Under the pieces are notes generated by a model. It was not told the origin of the DNA. It was given only the letters and a program-made list of their open reading frames with translations, and ran no database searches. The position numbers and the translations under genes are program-made. Of a stretch of DNA of 32,000 bases, positions 1 through 4,862 are shown one piece after another. This DNA comes from Ktedonobacterales bacterium (GTDB lineage: Bacteria; Chloroflexota; Ktedonobacteria; Ktedonobacterales; JADMIN01): the NCBI GenBank assembly GCA_030167145.1, contig CP126532.1, positions 3,540,001 through 3,572,000 of the forward strand. The letters run 5' to 3'. How positions within the stretch are numbered: the first letter of the stretch is position 1; each line of letters opens with the position of its first letter.

Positions 1-443
1 ACATCGCGGTGAATGATGCCGCGCTCATGCACGTATTGCAGCGCGCTGGCGACCTGGCTGATGAGGTCCACGGCGAAAGGGACGGGCGCGGGGAGCTTGA
101 GCGGGTGTTTGCCGTTGCCCTTGATGGCGTCGGCCAGCGAGCCGCCGGGAGCGTAGTCCATGATCAGGTACAGCAGATCGCTCTGCACACCGTAATCATG
201 CACCGGCAGGATGTTCGGGTGCGTCAGGTTGGCCAGCGTCTTGGCTTCGCGCTCGAACTGCTGGCGCACTTCGCTGGTGTCTTTAGAGTGGAAGGCGGCG
301 TCATCCACGCTGACGACTTTGACGGCCACCTGACGGCCCAGGTTGATCTGCTCGCCCAGGTAGACCTCGCCCATGCCGCCCGCGCCAATCTTGCGGATTA
401 GTCGGTATTTGCCGTCCAGCACCTGTCCATCGAGGTTTAACAT
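1..443 (-). CDS. Ser/Thr protein kinase (Hanks type), N-terminal catalytic part; gene continues past the window start
   Basis: Absent from the ORF track because it is open at the window edge. Minus-strand translation from ATG 443..441 reads MLNLDGQVLDGKYRLIRKIGAGGMGEVYLGEQ...VAVKVV...HPNILPVHDYG...IIHRDV. This shows the glycine loop GxGxxG, the VAVK lysine and the HRD catalytic loop. Confidence 0.85.
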   Translation of the reverse strand, partial: MLNLDGQVLDGKYRLIRKIGAGGMGEVYLGEQINLGRQVAVKVVSVDDAAFHSKDTSEVRQQFEREAKTLANLTHPNILPVHDYGVQSDLLYLIMDYAPGGSLADAIKGNGKHPLKLPAPVPFAVDLISQVASALQYVHERGIIHRD

Positions 444-501
444 GCCACCGTCCCTCCCACCTCTGCCGTACCGCCGCGCCAACGAACGCCGCGCGCAAGT
501 C

Positions 502-510
502 AGTATAGCA
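502..510 (-). promoter_or_regulatory. Extended -10 promoter element TGCTATACT for the kinase gene
   Basis: The minus strand reads TGCTATACT (TGn + TATACT) about 60 nt upstream of kinase ATG 443. The same 9-mer occurs at 1500-1508 (+) and 14126..14118 (-). Confidence 0.4.
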
Positions 511-585
511 GAGATTGGCGCGCCGTGGGAGATCCCCCTGATGTATTAGACGTGCGGCATAGTGGCCCGGTTCCATCGCTTGGGG

Positions 586-1392
586 TCACGCGGCTGGCGG
601 AACCCGCACAGCGAGGGGGCGTGATGCCCGCCGCAGCGCCCACAGCGTCCCGCTCTGGATCGTCAAGGTGACCAGAATAGCGATGACGAAGGCGGAAGCG
701 ATGCCAGTGTGTCCCAGCAAGAGGGCCAGCGTGAGGAAGAAGCCCGCAAAGGCGAAGAGGCCGAGCAATAGCCCGCGCAGCACACCGATTGCCGCCGCTG
801 GCCCCTGCTGCTGCTGCGCGAAGATCGCCAGGATCGCCGCATAGAGCGGGAACGGCGCGAGCAACCCAGTCAGGTGCGGGCCAAGGATGGGCGCGGCTTC
901 GGTCAGCAGCACCACGAAAGCTGTAGCGACCACCATCCGCACGGGCAAATCCCAGGATGGCAAGCCGCTCTTCGCAGGGCGCGGCGCTTTGGCTACGGCG
1001 CGCGGCAGCAGCCGCAACGACAGAGCCAGCGCCGCGACAACCACCAGAAACAGCGGCACAGGCGGCAGGGTCAGCATGTGCAGCGCGAAGGTCGCCGCCG
1101 CGAAAGCGAGGCAGGCCACCGCAACTGTCAACGGCCATCCCGCGCGCAAGGCCAGCCAGCCGTAGGCCAGGCAGAACGCCGCCTGCGAGATCGCGCCCGC
1201 GAGCACGCCGGTTGCGGCGGCGGCGGCGAAGCTGGCGCCGTGGCTGAGCGCGAGGAACAAGGTGATCGGCCCGGAGGTCAGTGGCAGCCCGACGAGCCAG
1301 CCGCTCACCGCCGTGCCCCAACGGCGTCCGGCGAGGCTGGCGGCGGCGATCAGCGTAGGCGTCAGGATCAGTTTCAAGGCGAGGGTGTTCAT
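586..1392 (-). CDS. Polytopic integral membrane protein, family not recognised
   Basis: 268-aa ORF that is almost entirely hydrophobic helices (MNTLALKLILTPTLIAAASLAG...). The overlapping 500..1447 and plus-strand ORFs are Arg/Pro-rich shadow frames. Confidence 0.6.
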   Translation of the reverse strand: MNTLALKLILTPTLIAAASLAGRRWGTAVSGWLVGLPLTSGPITLFLALSHGASFAAAAATGVLAGAISQAAFCLAYGWLALRAGWPLTVAVACLAFAAATFALHMLTLPPVPLFLVVVAALALSLRLLPRAVAKAPRPAKSGLPSWDLPVRMVVATAFVVLLTEAAPILGPHLTGLLAPFPLYAAILAIFAQQQQGPAAAIGVLRGLLLGLFAFAGFFLTLALLLGHTGIASAFVIAILVTLTIQSGTLWALRRASRPLAVRVPPAA

Positions 1393-1478
1393 ATCGGTGG
1401 GAAAGGCACTCCATCTTGGCGTTGCGGTGTCTTGTGCTGGCTATCATACACTGTGACAGGACTAGCGGGCCAGAGGGT

Positions 1479-1508
1479 TTGGCGAGAGTGCGGCATTGCT
1501 GCTATACT
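1479..1508 (+). promoter_or_regulatory. Promoter of the fluoride riboswitch-crcB unit
   Basis: TTGGCG (1479-1484), an 18-nt spacer, then TGCTATACT (1500-1508, extended -10). The predicted start lies just upstream of the aptamer. Confidence 0.5.
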
Positions 1509-1519
1509 ATTGGCAACGA

Positions 1520-1640
1520 TAGTGGTGATGAGGCTCGCCCTTAACCGTGCCGGCTGTTTCGGCGGCGCTGATGGCTTCTACTCCGACATGCTGGGCCGCG
1601 TGACGTACACGCGGCGGGTGTCGCCGTAGAGGCCTTTTTG
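1520..1640 (+). promoter_or_regulatory. Fluoride riboswitch (crcB RNA motif) with terminator expression platform
   Basis: 1524-1581 reads GGUGAUGAGGCUCGCC CUUAACCGUGCCGG..CGGCGGCGCUGAUGGCUUCUAC. This matches the crcB-motif pattern (from memory, T. petrophila: GGCGAUGAGGCCCGCCCAAACUGCCC..GGGCUGAUGGCCUCUAC). A pseudoknot GAGGCU/GGCUUC is possible. The 3' aptamer strand GGCUUCUAC (1573-1581) can instead pair with GUAGAGGCC (1626-1634), which is followed by U5 (1635-1639). The element sits directly upstream of crcB. Confidence 0.85.
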
Positions 1641-1680
1641 TTGCCTTCGCGGAGTACAGACTGAAAGGGACTGCGGGCGC

Positions 1681-2316
1681 ATGCGACGATTGGCTCTGGT
1701 GTTCGCGGGTGGTTTCTGCGGCACCCTGGCGCGCTACCTGCTCTCTGCGCCGCTGCTGGCGCTCTTCGCGGCGCTGCTGCCTGGCTTTGGGCACGGCGCT
1801 ATGCCCTACGACATCCTGGCGATCAACCTGACCGGCGCGCTGGCGTTGGGGTTGCTCTACGGCCTCTTCGAGCGCGGCGTGGCGCTGCCACCGGACCTGC
1901 GCCTGGCGCTGGGCACGGGATTCCTGGGAGCCTATACCACGTTTAGCTCGTTCGTCTATGGCGGCGATACGCTGCTGCTGGGTGGCGCGCTGCTGCCGGG
2001 GCTGCTCTATCTGCTGGGCAGCGTGGGGCTAGGCGTGGCGGCGGCGCACGGCGGGCATCTGCTGGCAGGAGCGGTGGCGGAGCGGCGGCGGCTCGCCCGG
2101 CGCGGCCTGGTGCGCACGCGCCGTGTCTGGCGGCATGTCCGCTCCATGCGTGCCCCACATGATGCGCTGCTGCCGCAACTGCTCGCGCGCCGTGGGCAGC
2201 GGCGGCATCTGGCGGGCGGCGCGACGGCGCACCCACACGCGGCGGTCTATCCACGGCGGGCGGCGAGGATACGGGCCGAAGCAGCGCAGCACGAAGTAGA
2301 AGAACTGGCGGACTGA
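1681..2316 (+). CDS. crcB: Fluoride ion channel CrcB/FluC; the 3' end is doubtful (about 75-aa Arg-rich tail)
   Basis: FAGGFCGTLARY and GTGFLGAYTTFSSF motifs, four TM helices, and a fluoride riboswitch upstream. The CrcB domain is complete by about residue 135. The ORF simply stays open to TGA 2314-2316. Confidence 0.85.
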   Translation: MRRLALVFAGGFCGTLARYLLSAPLLALFAALLPGFGHGAMPYDILAINLTGALALGLLYGLFERGVALPPDLRLALGTGFLGAYTTFSSFVYGGDTLLLGGALLPGLLYLLGSVGLGVAAAHGGHLLAGAVAERRRLARRGLVRTRRVWRHVRSMRAPHDALLPQLLARRGQRRHLAGGATAHPHAAVYPRRAARIRAEAAQHEVEELAD

Positions 2317-2352
2317 GGGGCCGCGTTCACGTCAGATGCAGCGCACCAGAGC

Positions 2353-2377
2353 GGGCGTCCGGTGGACGCCCCTACGT
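2353..2377. repeat. REP-like hairpin GGGCGTCC-GGT-GGACGCCC with CTACGT tail (copy 1)
   Basis: Perfect 8-bp stem with a 3-nt loop, between the convergent crcB and SRPBCC 3' ends. Related copies lie at 2961-2985 (inverted) and 18076-18099. Confidence 0.55.
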
Positions 2378-2836
2378 AGCAGATGCCGGGGCGCGTTCGG
2401 CGCGGCGCTTCAGCCGTGCCAGCGCATCGGCGACGCCACGCTCGTAGCGCGAGCCACCGAGCCGCTCAAGCAGTTTGCCGCGCCATCCAGGCGGGAAGCT
2501 GAAGTCTCAGCCGAAGGTCAGACGCGAGGTTTCGGCGTCCAGCGGCTGCACGACGAGATGGTTGCGCAGCGCGATGCCCAGCGGCATCCTGGTATGCAGG
2601 TCGAGCGTATATTGCTGCTCGTCCACGCCTTCTACGCGGATGGTGACGGGCCAGCGTTTGCCTAATCCAGCGGCGCTGGCGCGAATGACCTGGCCGGGCG
2701 TGGCTGGCCCTGGCGGCGTCACCGATTCGGTGCGCGCGTCCCACCATTCGCCATAGGTTTCCGGCGCGCAGAGCAGCGCCCACACGCGCTCAGCCGGGGC
2801 CATGACGGTCGCCACCGGGCAGACTGCTAGCGTCAC
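2372..2836 (-). pseudogene. SRPBCC (polyketide cyclase/START-like) protein interrupted by one in-frame TGA at 2507-2509
   Basis: AAGGAG (2849..2844) lies 7 nt before GTG 2836. The translation VTLAVCPVATVMAPAERVWALLCAPETYGEWWDA...SRLTFG is followed by TGA. The same frame then continues DFSFPPGWRGKLLERLGGSRYERGVADALARLKRRAERAPASAT to TAG 2374..2372. The total of about 154 codons is a typical SRPBCC length. The upstream part alone is 2507..2836. Confidence 0.6.
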
Positions 2837-2856
2837 CGAATTGCTCCTTCTGTATA

Positions 2857-2896
2857 AAGCCATCCCAACAAAGCCATCCCAACAAAGCCATCTCAA
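2857..2896. repeat. Tandem 14-mer AAGCCATCCCAACA, about 2.9 copies
   Basis: Copies at 2857-2870, 2871-2884 and a partial copy at 2885-2896. It lies just upstream of the SRPBCC start on the minus strand and accounts for the odd N-terminus of track ORF 2507..2896. Confidence 0.8.
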
Positions 2897-2960
2897 TTAT
2901 TGGCGTCATTGTAGCGCGCCAGCTTGGCGAAAACAATGGACCCGTCCGCCACGCACAACC

Positions 2961-2985
2961 ACGTAGGGGCGTCCGGTGGACACCC
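2961..2985. repeat. REP-like hairpin (copy 2, inverted relative to copy 1)
   Basis: ACGTAGGGGCGTCC-GGT-GGACACCC. The first 14 nt equal the reverse complement of the copy-1 tail and stem. It lies between the SRPBCC 5' region and the LLM gene 3' end. Confidence 0.5.
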
Positions 2986-3004
2986 GTCACACGGTGGACG
3001 GCCT

Positions 3005-3850
3005 TTATTCCTCGATGCGCGGCGGACCCTGGCGGATGCGCGTGCGGATGTCGGTTAGCTCGTTCGGCGCTTCCCACATCGCTTCCATCCACCACGTCGC
3101 GCCCGCCTCGGCGAAGGAGTGTACGGTGTCCGCCGCTTTCGCGGGGATGTCGCCGGGGGTGCGGCCCTCGCAGACGATGTCGAACGGGGTGGTTTGTGTG
3201 CGGCGCTCGGCGATGTAAGCGCGCATCTCGCCGATGTCCGCCGGGGTGATCTCAGCGCCGCTGCCGTCGGGGTTGCGCTTGTTGGGGAGCAACCCGTCGT
3301 AGCGCAACACGCGGTCCATAGATTTGGCGCTGGGCCAGAGGCCGACGACCCAAATGGGGATGCGCGGCGATTGAACGATCGGCGGCAGGAAGGTCATTTC
3401 CTCTAGCTGATAATGTTTGCCGGTGTAGCTGAAGGGCTTGCCGCTCCACAGGCCAGTGAGGATGGCGAGGCTCTCATCCAGCAGTTCGGCGCGCGTCTTG
3501 CGGTCGGTTGGCTCGCCGACTTTGCCGAAGCCGCCATCGTCTATCGCGCCCAGTCCCACCGGCAGTACCAGCCGCCCATGCGAGAGGTGATCGAGGGTCA
3601 TCGTCTCGCGGGCGATCTTCCACGGGCGGCGGCGCGAGAGCGGGGTGAGCATCGCCCCCAGCCGCACGCGCTCGGTTCGCATCGCCATTGCTGCCATCGT
3701 CACCCACGGATCGAACATCGCCCCCACGCCTTCGATGCAGATGCCATCCCAATAAAATGCCCCATCCCAGCCCGCCGCTTCGATCTCATGGGCCAGTTCG
3801 GCGATGGTCTCCACCTCGTCCCCGCGTGGAATGATGAACCCATACCGCAT
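3005..3850 (-). CDS. LLM-class (luciferase-like) flavin/F420-dependent oxidoreductase
   Basis: MRYGFIIPRGD...GWDGAFYWDG...RVRLGAMLTPLSRRRPWKIARE..LDHLSHGRLVLPVGLG... fits the luciferase-like TIM-barrel pattern. I moved the start from the track's 3931 to ATG 3850, which is preceded by GAGAGGAG. Confidence 0.75.
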   Translation of the reverse strand: MRYGFIIPRGDEVETIAELAHEIEAAGWDGAFYWDGICIEGVGAMFDPWVTMAAMAMRTERVRLGAMLTPLSRRRPWKIARETMTLDHLSHGRLVLPVGLGAIDDGGFGKVGEPTDRKTRAELLDESLAILTGLWSGKPFSYTGKHYQLEEMTFLPPIVQSPRIPIWVVGLWPSAKSMDRVLRYDGLLPNKRNPDGSGAEITPADIGEMRAYIAERRTQTTPFDIVCEGRTPGDIPAKAADTVHSFAEAGATWWMEAMWEAPNELTDIRTRIRQGPPRIEE

Positions 3851-3907
3851 GTTCGCGCTGCTCCTCTCGTGTGGTCGTGTGTGGCCGCGTGTCGTGCCAA
3901 CTCTGGC

Positions 3908-3935
3908 AGTGTACGCAGTGAATGATGACATGCAA
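3908..3935 (-). promoter_or_regulatory. Proximal promoter of the LLM gene
   Basis: Minus strand: TTGCAT (3935..3930), a 16-nt spacer, then TACACT (3913..3908), about 55 nt upstream of ATG 3850. It overlaps the palindrome ATGACAT-GCA-ATGTCAT (3925-3941). Confidence 0.4.
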
Positions 3936-3936
3936 T

Positions 3937-3975
3937 GTCATATTTCGCGGTCATATTTCGCGGTCATGTTTCGCG
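3937..3975. repeat. Tandem 13-mer GTCATATTTCGCG x3
   Basis: Copies at 3937-3949, 3950-3962 and 3963-3975. The third copy has A>G. Confidence 0.85.
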
Positions 3976-3982
3976 CGGCGGC

Positions 3983-4063
3983 GCAGTGGCCGCAGTGGCC
4001 GCAGTGGCCGCAGTGGCCGCAGTGGCCGCAGTGGCCGCAGTGGCCGCAGTGGCCGCAGTGGCC
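3983..4063. repeat. Perfect tandem 9-mer GCAGTGGCC x9 (81 bp)
   Basis: Counted base by base: nine identical units with no interruption. Each unit carries a GGCC core, so slipped hairpins (GGCC-N5-GGCC) are possible. Confidence 0.95.
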
Positions 4064-4073
4064 GATGGGTGTA

Positions 4074-4093
4074 GTTGCCGATTCTGCCGATTT
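4074..4093. repeat. Dispersed 20-mer GTTGCCGATTCTGCCGATTT, copy 1
   Basis: Identical to the copies at 4248 and 4603. Internally it is a 9-bp-phased direct repeat, TGCCGATT-n-TGCCGATT. Confidence 0.9.
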
Positions 4094-4145
4094 GCACAGT
4101 GGTATGGGGGTGTATGTCGGGAGATGACGGGAAATGGGTGGAGAA

Positions 4146-4166
4146 TTTTCGCCGTTTTCGCCGCGG
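4146..4166. repeat. TTTTCGCCG TTTTCGCCG CGG box, copy 1
   Basis: A 9-mer doublet. It recurs at 4388-4407, and a single unit occurs at 6198-6209. Confidence 0.8.
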
Positions 4167-4212
4167 TTTCGTGCTGGTTGGAGTGGCCGGAGTTGCCGAT
4201 TTTTCGACACGG

Positions 4213-4240
4213 GCAGACAGGAATGTCCGCCCCACCAGTG
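4213..4240. repeat. Hairpin motif GCAGACA-GGAA-TGTCCGC followed by CCCACCAGTG, copy 1
   Basis: 7-bp stem with one A.C mismatch. The same architecture recurs at 4506-4533. Confidence 0.6.
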
Positions 4241-4247
4241 GCAAGAA

Positions 4248-4267
4248 GTTGCCGATTCTGCCGATTT
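4248..4267. repeat. Dispersed 20-mer, copy 2
   Basis: GTTGCCGATTCTGCCGATTT, identical to copy 1. A half copy, GTTGCCGATTT, lies at 4192-4202. Confidence 0.9.
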
Positions 4268-4382
4268 TTGATGGCGCGGATGGCAAAGTAGGTGGTAGAG
4301 GGAGTTCTCGGCCTGAAGCGCCGAGGGTAATCCCGTGCGAACAGTTCGCGCAGGGGGCGAGTGGATGGATCGAGCGGGTGAG

Positions 4383-4407
4383 TTTTTTTTTCGCCGTTTT
4401 CGCCGCG
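4383..4407. repeat. T9 run followed by TTTTCGCCGTTTTCGCCGCG box, copy 2
   Basis: T9 at 4383-4391 runs into the 9-mer doublet. It is followed by GTGGCCGGA GTGGCCGGA ATGGCCGAT (4415-4441). Confidence 0.8.
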
Positions 4408-4447
4408 AATCGCGGTGGCCGGAGTGGCCGGAATGGCCGATATGCGA

Positions 4448-4467
4448 GTTGCCGATGCTGCCGATTT
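4448..4467. repeat. Dispersed 20-mer, copy 3 (1 mismatch)
   Basis: GTTGCCGATGCTGCCGATTT. Confidence 0.85.
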
Positions 4468-4505
4468 GCGCAGTTGTGTGCGAGTGGTGAGAGTAGTTTG
4501 CGCGA

Positions 4506-4533
4506 GCAGACATTCTTGTCTGCCCCACTGGTG
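4506..4533. repeat. Hairpin motif GCAGACA-TTCT-TGTCTGC followed by CCCACTGGTG, copy 2
   Basis: Perfect 7-bp stem with a 4-nt loop. It is followed by 1.5 units of the GTGGCCGCA 9-mer (4541-4553). Confidence 0.6.
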
Positions 4534-4602
4534 ACTGAAGTGGCCGCAGTGGCAGGATATGGTGTGCAAGCATGCTGGCTCTATCAGTGGCTGGAGGTGT
4601 CA

Positions 4603-4622
4603 GTTGCCGATTCTGCCGATTT
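4603..4622. repeat. Dispersed 20-mer, copy 4
   Basis: GTTGCCGATTCTGCCGATTT, identical to copies 1 and 2. Confidence 0.9.
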
Positions 4623-4676
4623 TGTAGGTTCACGCGCATTGCTCGTTGCGGTGGGAGGTGGGAACCGCATGAGAGA

Positions 4677-4685
4677 AGTGTAGCA
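4677..4685 (-). promoter_or_regulatory. Orphan extended -10 element TGCTACACT pointing into the repeat region
   Basis: The forward strand reads AGTGTAGCA, so the minus strand reads TGCTACACT. This is the same 9-mer as the pit promoter (27640..27632) and the element at 6295..6287. The LLM gene has its own proximal promoter, so this one would drive a separate transcript across 4670 to about 3940. Confidence 0.4.
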
Positions 4686-4694
4686 TGCGAGGGG

Positions 4695-4718
4695 GAGGCA
4701 AGGTGGGAGGCAAGGTGG
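4695..4718. repeat. Tandem 12-mer GAGGCAAGGTGG x2
   Basis: Copies at 4695-4706 and 4707-4718, identical. Confidence 0.85.
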
Positions 4719-4862
4719 AAGTTGGGGCGGTCGAATGTGGTCACGTGTGGACACGTGCGGACGCGAGTGCGGGAGGCGGCGAGGTCGGGCTGCGGTGTGA
4801 GCGGCGTCACCGACCGGGCGTATAACTATAGGGGGACGAGGGCTGTATGGAGGAGGGGAAAG

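Noticed and set aside
2460-2509. Selenocysteine insertion at the SRPBCC TGA.
   Set aside because: There is only a weak bulged hairpin (CCGCC-UGGAU-GGCG(C)GG) about 15 nt downstream, with no convincing SECIS-like stem-loop. No sel genes or tRNA-Sec lie in the window, and SRPBCC proteins are not known selenoproteins.
3983-4063. A (Gly-His-Cys)x9 peptide on the minus strand, directly upstream of the LLM oxidoreductase, as a Cys/His-rich RiPP or metal-binding precursor.
   Set aside because: There is no ATG for about 180 codons upstream in that frame (I did not check GTG/TTG codons) and no RBS. The flanking codons (aaa tcg gca gaa tcg gca) have low GC3, atypical for this genome. The LLM gene also has its own promoter between it and the array. 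I kept this only as a remote possibility.
3983-4622. A CRISPR array, or an oriC-like DnaA-box cluster.
   Set aside because: The 9-bp units are contiguous with no spacers and are far shorter than CRISPR repeats, and there are no cas genes. The 9-mers share only GTGG with the DnaA box (TTATCCACA/TGTGGATAA), and there is no dnaA/dnaN context.
3804-4810. Long ORFs crossing the repeat region in several frames (minus 3938..4810 at 290 aa; plus 3804..4127, 3935..4291 and 4075..4683).
   Set aside because: Their translations are just the repeats read out (QWPQWP.., AVAAVA.., GHCGHC.., KSAESAT, SCRFCRF, LPILPI). No frame keeps a high GC3 outside the 9-mer array, none has an RBS-supported start, and all six frames are open only because the repeat units lack stop triplets.
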